Of a DNA stretch of 64,000 nucleotides, positions 8,667 to 17,890 are shown piece after piece. The notes under the pieces are model-generated. The model did no database searches and was not told the DNA's origin. It saw only the letters and a program-made list of their open reading frames with translations. The stretch covers positions 2,832,349 to 2,896,348 of the forward strand of contig OY970307.1 of NCBI GenBank assembly GCA_963716365.1, given 5' to 3'. Each line of letters opens with the position of its first letter. Positions within the stretch are counted from its first letter, which is position 1. This DNA comes from Candidatus Dormiibacterota bacterium. Lineage in GTDB: Bacteria > Chloroflexota > Dormibacteria > Aeolococcales > Aeolococcaceae. The position numbers were made by a program, and so were the translations under genes.

Positions 8667-10234
8667 TTCGTCGCATGCTCCTCGCTGGCATCGGTCCCGG
8701 AGGGCGCCGGGTCGGTGATCCTGACCGGAGTCTGCTGCCTGCGGCGCACATTGTGGTCTCCGTTTGCGTACGAAGTGCCGTTGGTGGGTGTCTTCAGGTG
8801 CTCAGGTTCGGTGTGATCCGTGGCGTTCATGAGCGCGGGGAGCAGCGATTGGCGTGCCAGCCCGGTCAGTGCGCCTGCCTGCTGGATGATCTCGGCAAGT
8901 GCCCCGGTCACTCCCTGAGCACCGTTGAGCACGGTGAACTGGCCGATGTGCTCGAACGGAGCGGCCGCGGCGGCAACGATCTCCGGCAGCTTCTCGGCGA
9001 TCTGCTGGGCGATGACCGCTTCCTGGTTCTGGCTCATTGCGGCGGCCCTTCGCTCGATCCCGGTTGCCTCAGCTTCCATCCGCGCCTGGATGGCCGCTGC
9101 CTCGGCGAGTCCCTTTGCCCGGATGGCATCTGCCTCAGCCTGTCCGGTGAGGCGGGTCGCATCCGCTTGCGCTGTTGCCTGCATCTGGAGCGCGGCCGCC
9201 TGGGCTTCAGCCTGGACCTTGGTCTGAGCCGCGACCGCATCTGCGCGCAGCCGAACCTCCTGTGCCTCAGCCTCAGCCTGCCGGATGCGCACGTCGCGTC
9301 CGGCCGCCGCGAGGGTGGTCTGGCGGTACGCCTCCGCGTCGGCAGGGCGGCGCACGTCGACCTGTAGCTGCTGCTCCTTCTGCTCGGCTTGCAACTCGGC
9401 GACCCGCGTCTGCTCGGTGACGACGGCCTGATGCGCCTTGGCCTCGGAGAGCGGTCCTTGCTGTCCCGCGAGCTGGGTGGCGGTGTCGACCTCTGCCTGG
9501 TAACCGGCTTTCTTGATGTTGGTGTCGCGCAGCGACTGCGCCATCATCGCCTGGGCCATCTGCTCCTGGCCGACGGCATCGCGCTCGGCATTGGCGCGAG
9601 CGATGCGTGCATTGCGCTCGACCTCAGCCTGGTGGGGCGCGGCGAGGTTCTCGATGTAGTTGGAGGGGCTGGTGATGGCCTGGATCTGGAAGCTGTCGAT
9701 AACCAGGCCGAACGACTCCATCTCCTGCGAGCAGCGATCGCGCACCTGCTGAGCGAACTTGTCCTGGTCGCTGATCGTGTCCTCGATGGTCATCGACCCT
9801 GCGATCGCCCGGAGATGGCCGACGAAGACGTTCTGTACCTTGCTCTCGAGCTCGGCAGCGGGTCGATCGAGAAACCGCCGCGCCGCGTTGGCGATCGAAC
9901 GATAGTCGTCACCGACCTTGTAGACGATGACTCCGCGCAGATCGACACGGATCTTCTGTTGGGAGACGCAGGGAACGTCGATCTCGCTCTCGTGTGCCTC
10001 GAGGGAAAGACGCCGGACCTTGGTGATACCGGGTGCCACGAGGCGACCGCGCCCGGTGACGATCCGGAAGCCCATGCTCTCGCCGACGCCATCGGGGCGC
10101 TGGCTGCTGCGGAAACCCGAGATGATCAGCGCCTCGTCCGGCTCGGCGACGCGCCATGCCGCCTTGAAGATGAGAGCGATCAACAGCAGCGCCCCAAGAA
10201 CGATTCCCAGGATCACGTATGCCAGCGTCGTCAT
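8663..10234 (-). CDS. flotillin (SPFH/band-7 family)
   Basis: N-terminal TM, then an SPFH domain (..IRVDLRGVIVYKVGDDY..) and a long Ala/Glu/Gln-rich coiled-coil repeat region (AEAEA.. QAEA..), typical of FloT/YqiK. Confidence 0.85.
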   Translation of the reverse strand: MTTLAYVILGIVLGALLLIALIFKAAWRVAEPDEALIISGFRSSQRPDGVGESMGFRIVTGRGRLVAPGITKVRRLSLEAHESEIDVPCVSQQKIRVDLRGVIVYKVGDDYRSIANAARRFLDRPAAELESKVQNVFVGHLRAIAGSMTIEDTISDQDKFAQQVRDRCSQEMESFGLVIDSFQIQAITSPSNYIENLAAPHQAEVERNARIARANAERDAVGQEQMAQAMMAQSLRDTNIKKAGYQAEVDTATQLAGQQGPLSEAKAHQAVVTEQTRVAELQAEQKEQQLQVDVRRPADAEAYRQTTLAAAGRDVRIRQAEAEAQEVRLRADAVAAQTKVQAEAQAAALQMQATAQADATRLTGQAEADAIRAKGLAEAAAIQARMEAEATGIERRAAAMSQNQEAVIAQQIAEKLPEIVAAAAAPFEHIGQFTVLNGAQGVTGALAEIIQQAGALTGLARQSLLPALMNATDHTEPEHLKTPTNGTSYANGDHNVRRRQQTPVRITDPAPSGTDASEEHATK

Positions 10235-10458
10235 CGGGGCAACCTCATGGTGTCAGTCGGCGCGACCTCTACGGTGCGACCGCCCAGGCTACCCACCACA
10301 AGGACCTGGGAATGTTTGCTGATCGTTGTCGTCTTGTCCGACGCGCATGCGAGGAAGCGCTCGGTGCCTGCGCGAACTTCGATGACCACCTCGCCAAGGT
10401 GCCCGGGGGTGATATCGGCAGTCACTCTCGCTAGCTTGCCGACCACGTCGATGGCCAT
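10231..10458 (-). CDS. NfeD-like OB-fold protein (flotillin partner, short form)
   Basis: 75-aa MAIDVVGKLARVTADITPGHLGEVVIEVRAGTERFLACASDKTTT..VLVVGSLGGRTVEV. This is the C-terminal beta-barrel of NfeD/YuaF. It overlaps the flotillin start by 4 nt. Confidence 0.6.
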   Translation of the reverse strand: MAIDVVGKLARVTADITPGHLGEVVIEVRAGTERFLACASDKTTTISKHSQVLVVGSLGGRTVEVAPTDTMRLPR

Positions 10459-10537
10459 TCGTTGGTAGCTCCTTCTCCCTCGGATCGTACCCGCAGTCGA
10501 GGGCCTCAAATCCTCACGCGCGACGCGCCGAGTTCCC

Positions 10538-11263
10538 CTACGGGACGAGCCGCCGGCGCTCTGCGTACAGCGCGGCATCGGCCTTGGCCACCGCCAACTC
10601 CGCGGTGTCCGTCTCGTCGACCACGGCGACGCCGACGCTGATGGTGTGGCCATGCGTTCGAATCCTGTACTGGCGCCGGATATCGGCCAGGGTGCGCTCG
10701 GCGTCGGGGAGTGCCTCCTCGACGAGTGCGCAGACGAACTCATCGCCGCCGTAGCGGATGACGAGGTCGTACGAGCGAACCCGTTTGCGGATCGCCGTGA
10801 CGACATCGACGAGGAGCGTGTCACCAGCGGCGTGTCCCTCGGTGTCGTTGACGTGCTTCAGCCCGTCGACGTCGAGAAAGATGACGACGATGCCGATGCC
10901 GCCGACGCGCCGCGACCTGTCGATCTCGCGTTGCAGGGCAGCCAGACCGGCGCTTCGGCGGAGCGCACCGGTGAGGTCATCGGTGGAGGCGAGCTCGGCC
11001 AGCTTCTGTGTGAGTCCGGCCATCGCGCGCAGCCGGTCGAGCGCGGTGCGGAGGTGGGTCGCGTCAAGGCCCGCGAGCGCCTCGGCGCTGATGCCGAGCG
11101 CGGTCGCAAGCAACTTGCGTGTGACGTCCGCGGACAGCCGGCGAGTGTTCCGGAACTCGGGCTGTCGCGTCCAGCCGACGAGGTCACGGCTCGGCGCCTC
11201 GGGCGCGACCACAGGTGTCGTGGTCCCCGGAGACGGGCTGGTCTCACGAGTCGGTGGCATCAC
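10538..11263 (-). CDS. diguanylate cyclase (GGDEF domain)
   Basis: RYGGDEF active-site motif, plus the upstream I-site-like RxxD region and a D..D metal site (DVDGLKHVND). Confidence 0.85.
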   Translation of the reverse strand: MMPPTRETSPSPGTTTPVVAPEAPSRDLVGWTRQPEFRNTRRLSADVTRKLLATALGISAEALAGLDATHLRTALDRLRAMAGLTQKLAELASTDDLTGALRRSAGLAALQREIDRSRRVGGIGIVVIFLDVDGLKHVNDTEGHAAGDTLLVDVVTAIRKRVRSYDLVIRYGGDEFVCALVEEALPDAERTLADIRRQYRIRTHGHTISVGVAVVDETDTAELAVAKADAALYAERRRLVP

Positions 11264-11309
11264 TTCCTTAAGACGTCAAAGACGCCGAGTCGGTTTCCCT
11301 TCCGGGGTA

Positions 11310-12071
11310 TTACATACCCAGATACGCCCGTTGTATATCCGGCGACGCGGCCACATCTGCGGACGGGCCGGACAGCGCGATCTCGCCGGTCTCGAGAACG
11401 TAGGCGCGCGACGCGGTCTTGAGCGCAAGGAGAGCGTTCTGCTCGATGAGCAGGATCGTCGTCCCCTTCGCGTTGATCTCCTTGATGACCTCGAAGATCG
11501 CATCGACCAAGATGGGCGCGAGCCCGAGCGACGGCTCGTCGAGGAGGAGCGCTTTCGGATCGCTCATCAGCGCACGACCGATCGCGACCATCTGCTGCTC
11601 GCCGCCGCTGAGACTGCCCGCAAGCTGCGATGCCCGCTCGCGGAGCCGGGGGAAGAGCGTGTAGACCCGCTCGAGGTCGGTGCGGATCCCCGCTCGGTCG
11701 TTGCGCGTGTACGCGCCCATGTCCAGGTTTTCGCGGACGGTCATTCGAGCGAAAAGCCGCCGGCCTTCCGGGGCGTGTCCAACGCCGAGCTTCGCGATCT
11801 GAGCGGCGCCAACTCCTTTGATGCTCTTGCCGAAAAGCAGCACCTCGCCCTGTCTGGGGGTGATGAGCCCGCTGATCGTGCGCAACGTGGTCGTCTTCCC
11901 CGCGCCGTTGCTGCCGATGAGCGCCACGATCTCACCGTGGTTGACCACCATCGAGACCTTGCTCAGCGCGCTGACTCGTCCGTAGAAGACGTCGATCTCG
12001 CGAAGTTCGATCACAGGAGTCGAAGCGGTGCCGGTAGTCGCGGCGGCCGTGGCAGCTCCGTTCTCACTCAC
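11310..12071 (-). CDS. livF: branched-chain amino acid ABC transporter ATP-binding protein LivF
   Basis: Walker A GSNGAGKTTT, signature LSGGEQQM, Walker B LLLDEP. It is the last gene of the liv operon. Confidence 0.9.
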   Translation of the reverse strand: MSENGAATAAATTGTASTPVIELREIDVFYGRVSALSKVSMVVNHGEIVALIGSNGAGKTTTLRTISGLITPRQGEVLLFGKSIKGVGAAQIAKLGVGHAPEGRRLFARMTVRENLDMGAYTRNDRAGIRTDLERVYTLFPRLRERASQLAGSLSGGEQQMVAIGRALMSDPKALLLDEPSLGLAPILVDAIFEVIKEINAKGTTILLIEQNALLALKTASRAYVLETGEIALSGPSADVAASPDIQRAYLGM

Positions 12072-12851
12072 GCTGATTTCGTCTCTTCGCTCGCGCCGGT
12101 GCCGAGATAGGCCTCGATGACCTTCGGGTTCTGGCGAACGTCCGCCGGGCTTCCCTCGGCGATCAACTCACCGTGGTCCAGCACGACGATGCGGTCGCTC
12201 ACCTCCATGACAAGGCGCATGTCGTGCTCGATGAGCAGGATCGTCAACCCCTCACTGCGAAGTTGCGAGATCAGCTGCATGAGCTCCCTCTTCTCCCCGG
12301 TGTTCAACCCAGCCGCGGGTTCGTCGAGGAGGAGGAGTCGTGGCCGTGTCGCGAGCGCGCGTGCGATTTCCAGGCGGCGCTGCAGGCCATACGGCATCTC
12401 TCGCGCGTACGATCCGGCATAGCGCGAGAGCCCGAGCAGATCGAGCAGCTCGAGCGCACGTTGCTCGACCGAGCGTTCCTCGCGCCGCGCGCGTCCAGTC
12501 TGGAACGCACCGTCCCACACCTTCTCCTTCATCCACCAGTGCGCCCCCACCATGACGTTGTCAACCGCAGTCATGTAGTTGAACAGACGGATGTTCTGAA
12601 AGGTGCGTGCAACGCCGAGCTTCGTGATCCGGTGTGGGGGAATGCCGGCGATCGAACTCGCCGTCGAGAGTGATGGATCCCGACGTGATCGGAAAGAGGC
12701 CGGTGATGCAGTTGAACGCGGTCGTCTTGCCCGCACCGTTGGGGCCGATCATCGACAGGATCTCTCCCTTGTCGAGGCCGAAGGTCACGTTCGACACCGC
12801 GAGGAGTCCGCCGAACCGCTTGTTGACGTGGTCGAGTTCGAGGAGCGCCAA
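12068..12851 (-). CDS. livG: branched-chain amino acid ABC transporter ATP-binding protein LivG (apparent frameshift)
   Basis: The N-terminal LLELDHVNKRFGG..GPNGAGKTT..ITLDGE (tool ORF 12561..12923) and the rest ..IAGIPPHRITKLGVARTFQNIRLF..LLLDEPAAGLN..LLIEHDM (tool ORF 12068..12736) are in different frames. The junction is at gatcGAACTCgcc (12654-12659). A likely TTG start at 12851 lies 1 nt after the livM stop. Confidence 0.8.
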
Positions 12852-12852
12852 C

Positions 12853-14436
12853 TCAGGCGACTCCCTGCACGGCTGCGAGCGACTCGGTTTCACCGGCGCT
12901 CTCGAGCTCGATGCGGCGCGCACGGCTGGGGAGCAGCCCGCCCGGACGCAACAGCATCATCAGGATGAGCGCCGCGCCATAGATGAGGAACGTGTACGAG
13001 CTGAGATTGAAATTGGCGATGGCAGGTATATGGACGGTGTTGCTCAGGGTCGCCGACCAGCCGCTCATGTTGGGCAGCACCCAGAAGATGACGAACGTGA
13101 GGATCACGCTGCCGAGCATGACTCCGGCGATGTTCCCGATCCCGCCGAGCACGATGATGCTGAGCACCGCGATCGACACCGAGAAGCTGAAGTCGTCTGC
13201 CGAGACGATGCGAACGATCGATCCGTAGAACGCGCCGGCGAGTCCGCTGACGGATGCGCCGATGGCGAAGGCGAGCAGCTTGGTCGTCGTCGTGTTGATG
13301 CCGGTTGCGGCAGCCGCCACCTCATCCTCGCGCAGCGCCACCCACGCTCGACCAACTCGCGAGCGATAGATGTTTCGCAGCAGCAGGACGACTGCGACGA
13401 CGACGATCAGGATCGCCCAGTAGTACCAGCGCGGGCTCGCGCTGAAATCCAGTGGTCCGTACTTCGGTTGATCGATTCCAGAGATGCCGTTGGCGCCGGC
13501 GGTGAGGTTGAAGACGTTGTTGGTGGCGAGGTCGGGGATGATCTCGCCGAAACCCAAGGTCACGATGGCGAGATAGTCGCCGCGCAGCCGGAGTGTCGGA
13601 GCTCCCAGGATTGCCCCGAAAAGCGACGCGATGCCCGCTCCGAGAAAGATGAGTATCCACAAGGGAAAATGCAGATTGTGGATCGGGGATGCGAATGATG
13701 CGCACGCGTACGCGCCGATCGCGAAGAACGCGGCGTACCCCAGGTCGAGCAGTCCGGCGAACCCGACGACGACGTTAAGTCCGAGGGCGAGCAGCATGTA
13801 GATCGCGAGCGAGCCGGCAGCCCAGAGCAGAAAGTCCGGCGCCTGATGGAACATCAGCGGAAGGAATATCCCGAACGGCGCACCGGCGAGCGTGAAGGCG
13901 ATGGTCGGGCGGCCGAGGACCCAGGTCCGGGCGCCGTAGACCAGCGCCGCGAGCGCGTACCCGTACATCGTGAGCCAGACAGCCGAATCGGCATACGTGC
14001 CAGGCAGAAACGCCCCGAAGAGAGGCTCTTCCTGGACAATCGAGTACAGGAACCACACCACGACCGTCAGCACGAAGCCGATAAGCGCTGCATACAGACG
14101 AATCCGGGACGCCCGTCGTCCAAACACGATGCCACGACTGCCCGCTATGCCGTCGACAAGTGGCGAGAGCACGATGATCAGCATCGTCACCGCCATGATG
14201 TAGATGCAGAACGTGCCGATCCCTGTTGGCGGAGAGATCACCGCGTCCTGCGGGCTGTAGCCGGCGCCTGCGGAATAGTCGTTGACAAACCACGGCAGCA
14301 GCCAGCCCATGAGCAAAAGGGCGGACGCCGCCAGCGCGAGGATGCGGAAGATGGTAGGTCCTTGAGACCGATCTCCCTTGCCACCATCGGAGCGAAACAG
14401 GGCGGCCAGTCGCTCACGCACGAGTTGTGACCTCAA
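12853..14436 (-). CDS. livM: branched-chain amino acid ABC transporter permease LivM
   Basis: 527 aa with a long N-terminal extension, then the LivM-type permease core (..GYAAFFAIGAY..GAPTLRLRGDYLAIVTLGFGEI..). Confidence 0.85.
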   Translation of the reverse strand: MRSQLVRERLAALFRSDGGKGDRSQGPTIFRILALAASALLLMGWLLPWFVNDYSAGAGYSPQDAVISPPTGIGTFCIYIMAVTMLIIVLSPLVDGIAGSRGIVFGRRASRIRLYAALIGFVLTVVVWFLYSIVQEEPLFGAFLPGTYADSAVWLTMYGYALAALVYGARTWVLGRPTIAFTLAGAPFGIFLPLMFHQAPDFLLWAAGSLAIYMLLALGLNVVVGFAGLLDLGYAAFFAIGAYACASFASPIHNLHFPLWILIFLGAGIASLFGAILGAPTLRLRGDYLAIVTLGFGEIIPDLATNNVFNLTAGANGISGIDQPKYGPLDFSASPRWYYWAILIVVVAVVLLLRNIYRSRVGRAWVALREDEVAAAATGINTTTTKLLAFAIGASVSGLAGAFYGSIVRIVSADDFSFSVSIAVLSIIVLGGIGNIAGVMLGSVILTFVIFWVLPNMSGWSATLSNTVHIPAIANFNLSSYTFLIYGAALILMMLLRPGGLLPSRARRIELESAGETESLAAVQGVA

Positions 14437-15580
14437 CCCCGAAGAGACCGACCGGCCGGAACGTCAGGATCAGCACCAGGACGGCGAAGATCAGCGATTC
14501 ACTCCACTCGCCGCCGAAGATCGATCCGCCGAAGACGTAGATCAGGCCGATGATGAAACCGCCGATGCCGGCGCCCACGATGTTGCCGATCCCACCGAGG
14601 ACCGCGGCGGTGAACGCGATGATGCCCAGATGGAAGCCGATGTTCCACTTGATGTCGCCGTAGTTGATGCTGTAGATCACCGCAGCTGCTGCAGCCAGCG
14701 CCGACCCGATGAAGAACGTCGCCGAGATGGTGCGGTTGATGTTGATGCCACAGAGCAGCGCCGCGGTGCGGTCCTGGGCGGTCGAGCGCATCGCCTTCCC
14801 GAGGCGTGTTCTGCGCACGAATTCGCCGAGCGCGAACATGAGCACCAGCGCCATGCCAACGACGAAGAGGTCAGTCCAGAGAATACTGACCTTGCCGATG
14901 GTGAACGCGGTCCCGTTGATCCACGAGGCCTGATCCGTCGGGACGTTGTCCGGCCCTTCGATGAGGAGGAGGATGCCCTCGATCAGGAAGGACACACCGA
15001 TTGCGGTGATGAGCGGGGCAAGCCGGGGCGAATCACGCAGCCGCCGGTATGCGACGAGCTCGATGACCACCCCGACGATGCCGGCGCCGATCATCGAAAG
15101 TGGGAAAACGATGGCGAGCGCAAGCAGCAGGCCGCCGAAACTACTCGCGGCGAGTGCATCGAGATGGAGCACTCCCGAGATCGTGACGGCGAAGAATCCA
15201 GCGGCGGTGAAGACGTCGCCGTGCGCGAAGTTGATCAACTCGATGATGCCGTAGACCATCGTGTATCCGATCGCCACGAGCGCGTAGATGGCTCCAAGCA
15301 CAAGCGCGTTCTTGAGCTGGTTGCCCGCCAGCGTGAACCCACCCTGCTTTATGGTGACGAGTATTGCCACCACGATCGCGCCAATGATCACGGCGGTGAA
15401 GTACCGAGAGATGACGTCGTGGGTGACCCGCACCGCAGGTCCGAATGCGTGCAGCGGACCGCTCGTCTGGCTCTTCCGCGGTGCCAGGCCGTCCTGCGCG
15501 ACGAGCGCGCGAGATGAGCCTCCGCCGGCGACGCCGGGTTGAGCTAACGGCGCTTCCGGAGTCCCACTCTGATTGCTCAT
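14414..15580 (-). CDS. livH: branched-chain amino acid ABC transporter permease LivH
   Basis: Polytopic LivH-type permease (..YALVAIGYTMVYGIIELINFAHGD..). It overlaps livM. Confidence 0.85.
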   Translation of the reverse strand: MSNQSGTPEAPLAQPGVAGGGSSRALVAQDGLAPRKSQTSGPLHAFGPAVRVTHDVISRYFTAVIIGAIVVAILVTIKQGGFTLAGNQLKNALVLGAIYALVAIGYTMVYGIIELINFAHGDVFTAAGFFAVTISGVLHLDALAASSFGGLLLALAIVFPLSMIGAGIVGVVIELVAYRRLRDSPRLAPLITAIGVSFLIEGILLLIEGPDNVPTDQASWINGTAFTIGKVSILWTDLFVVGMALVLMFALGEFVRRTRLGKAMRSTAQDRTAALLCGININRTISATFFIGSALAAAAAVIYSINYGDIKWNIGFHLGIIAFTAAVLGGIGNIVGAGIGGFIIGLIYVFGGSIFGGEWSESLIFAVLVLILTFRPVGLFGVEVTTRA

Positions 15581-15600
15581 CTGCGTCGTCTCCCCTGGTA

Positions 15601-15634
15601 CGAAAAAGGGGAGAGCGCGCGGCGCTCTCCCCTT
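15601..15634 (-). terminator. intrinsic terminator-like hairpin between the SBP gene and the permease genes
   Basis: On the minus strand downstream of the SBP stop: AAGGGGAGAGCGC-cgc-GCGCTCTCCCCTT (13-bp GC-rich stem) followed by TTTTCG. An intra-operon attenuator of this kind, enriching the binding protein, is common in liv-type operons. Confidence 0.55.
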
Positions 15635-15649
15635 GTCGTCATCTGTCGA

Positions 15650-17011
15650 CTAGCTCTTCAGCGTGACGTTGCCGCTGGTGTCAACCGCGTAGGTACCGTC
15701 GCCGGTCCACGCACCAGACGCCACCTTGTAAAGGGTGAAGCCGGTGTTGGTCGTGTCACCGTTGGCATCGAAGCTCGTGTGTCCGAGTGCACCGTCGTAC
15801 TGCGTCAACCGCAGCTGGGCGACCACCTTGTCGCGGAACGATTGCGACGAAGCCGGCGGCTGGCCACCGTTGGCAACAAGGACCGCGTGGATGGCCTGGA
15901 GCAGGATGTTCATCGCGTCGTAGCCGTACGGGGTGTACGGCTCGTTCATCGCGTTGTTGTACGGCGCCGCAACGCTCGAGTACTGGCTTGCGTAGTCCGT
16001 GTAGAACGACGCGGCGCTCGAGAGCTTGCTGACGTCCGGTGCGCTGGTGGCGTACATGCCCACCGAAGCGGACTTGTTGGAGCCGGAGTCAGCGTCGGTG
16101 ATGGACTTGGTGTCCTGGCAACCGTCACCGCCCATCATCGGAATGTTCAGGCCGGCGGAGATCATGTCGCGCCGCACCAGTCCGCAACCGTTGCCAGAGG
16201 TGCCGCCGAAGAAGATGACCTGCGCACCCTCGCTCTGCGCGAGGCTCACCTGCGTCGCGAACGACGTGGTCGTGCCCGGCAGGCTTGCGGAGCCGACGAT
16301 GGTCCCGCCGTCAGTCGTCGTGTACGCCTTCGTGAAGAGGAGTGCGAGGCCGCGGCCGTATGCCTCCTGGTCGTCGATGACGTATGCCTTGGTGGCGTTG
16401 AGCACCTTGGCAGCGACGTAAGCGTCGATCTCACCTTGCTGGACATCGCTTGCGATGACCCGGAAGTACGTGTGGGGTCCCGTGTACAGGGAAGCCGTGT
16501 TGATGTTGATCGTGGGATCGCTGCACACCGCGACCACGACGGTCAGGCAGGGGTTCGTGTTCGCCGGGCTGATCAGAGCCAGATGGTTCTGAGACGCGAC
16601 CGGGATCTCTGCCAGCGCGACCGACGAGTTGAATGGCCCGACAACGCCCACGACGGTGGCATCAGCCGCCAGCGCGGTGATGTTGGCCTCGCCCTGTGCG
16701 GGGTCGTGCCCATCCTTGAGGACTGTCAAGTCGTCCTTGCTCTCGTACTTGAGCGTGCAACCGCCCATGAGATGCGCGGCGTTGGCCTGCGTCACGGCGA
16801 GCTCGGCGGCCATCTGGACATACGGTCCGTCAGTCGCGTCACCGCCCGTCAGGGGCAGATCCGTCGCAACGGTGATGGTGCCTTTGCAACCGGCGATACC
16901 GGAAGACGTGCTGCCCGATGATGTGGCCGACGATGCTGTACCGCAGGCGGCTAGCGCCCCAAGTGCGGCAATCGTCGCAATCGACAACAACCCTTTTGTG
17001 GGTGTGACCAT
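15650..17011 (-). CDS. branched-chain amino acid ABC transporter substrate-binding lipoprotein (LivJ/LivK-like)
   Basis: Type-I periplasmic binding fold. The start is taken at MVTPTKGLLSIATIAALGALAAC (signal peptide + LAAC lipobox), preceded by GGAGAA. The tool ORF starts 30 nt upstream. Confidence 0.8.
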   Translation of the reverse strand: MVTPTKGLLSIATIAALGALAACGTASSATSSGSTSSGIAGCKGTITVATDLPLTGGDATDGPYVQMAAELAVTQANAAHLMGGCTLKYESKDDLTVLKDGHDPAQGEANITALAADATVVGVVGPFNSSVALAEIPVASQNHLALISPANTNPCLTVVVAVCSDPTININTASLYTGPHTYFRVIASDVQQGEIDAYVAAKVLNATKAYVIDDQEAYGRGLALLFTKAYTTTDGGTIVGSASLPGTTTSFATQVSLAQSEGAQVIFFGGTSGNGCGLVRRDMISAGLNIPMMGGDGCQDTKSITDADSGSNKSASVGMYATSAPDVSKLSSAASFYTDYASQYSSVAAPYNNAMNEPYTPYGYDAMNILLQAIHAVLVANGGQPPASSQSFRDKVVAQLRLTQYDGALGHTSFDANGDTTNTGFTLYKVASGAWTGDGTYAVDTSGNVTLKS

Positions 17012-17080
17012 GTGCTGGGTTCTCCTCTCTCTGCGAGGCATTGCTGGTGAGGCCCTCTGTGTACACGCGGAAGGGAATGG

Positions 17081-17890
17081 TTGTCAATCGCCCATTGGAA
17101 CGAGCCTCATCTCAAACGGCCCGCTGGAGGGCTGCGATCCAAGGAGGCTCTCAACCTCGCTACGATCCTCGTCATGGTCTTCAGCGCCATCGCGAGTGTG
17201 TTGAGCGCGGCGTTTGCCGTCGTCGTGTTCCTTCGGTTCCAGAAGAGCCGGCGGCCCGCGTTTGCGGCCTGGACGCTGGGGCTGCTCATCTTTGCCGGTG
17301 CCGCGGCCTTCCAGGCAGCCGGTGAGACGGGCGGCTGGACACCGACGGTCTTCCGCGGCTTCTACCTGCTCGGCGGTGTGCTCGGTGTGATCTATCTCGC
17401 CCTGGGCACGATCTTCCTGCTCACGCCGCGGAAAGTCGCCTGGGCCTGCGCGATCGTTCTGGGTGTCATCACGATCGTCCTGGCGATCGATGCCGCCGTG
17501 ATCCCGGTCGACGCCGCCAAGCTGACCACGGCAAAGGGTGTCCTCGGCGACGCCATCCAGCAGGGATCCCTGCTCTTCATCGGCGTGGTGTTCCTGAACA
17601 TCATCGGCACGCTCGTGCTGGTCGGCGGGTCGGCGTGGTCCGCTTACCGGTTCATCCGGGACCGTGCCGGCATCGACCAAGTCATATGTAACGTCCTGCT
17701 CACCGGCGGAGCGCTGATCATCGCGGTCGGCTTCTCGGCGGCCAAGACGGTCGGCATCGGCAACCTCGACATCCTCGGCGTGTACGAGACCGTGGGGATC
17801 GCGATCATGTTCGCGGGCTTCCTCGCGCTCGGCCGCGTCGGGGTCCGGCACGCCTCAACGGGGCCTGCGACCGTCGCGTCAGGGTCGTGA
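17081..17890 (+). CDS. hypothetical membrane protein
   Basis: 269-aa ORF with 7-8 hydrophobic helices. The TTG start in the track is uncertain; an internal ATG lies at 17174. Confidence 0.45.
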   Translation: MSIAHWNEPHLKRPAGGLRSKEALNLATILVMVFSAIASVLSAAFAVVVFLRFQKSRRPAFAAWTLGLLIFAGAAAFQAAGETGGWTPTVFRGFYLLGGVLGVIYLALGTIFLLTPRKVAWACAIVLGVITIVLAIDAAVIPVDAAKLTTAKGVLGDAIQQGSLLFIGVVFLNIIGTLVLVGGSAWSAYRFIRDRAGIDQVICNVLLTGGALIIAVGFSAAKTVGIGNLDILGVYETVGIAIMFAGFLALGRVGVRHASTGPATVASGS

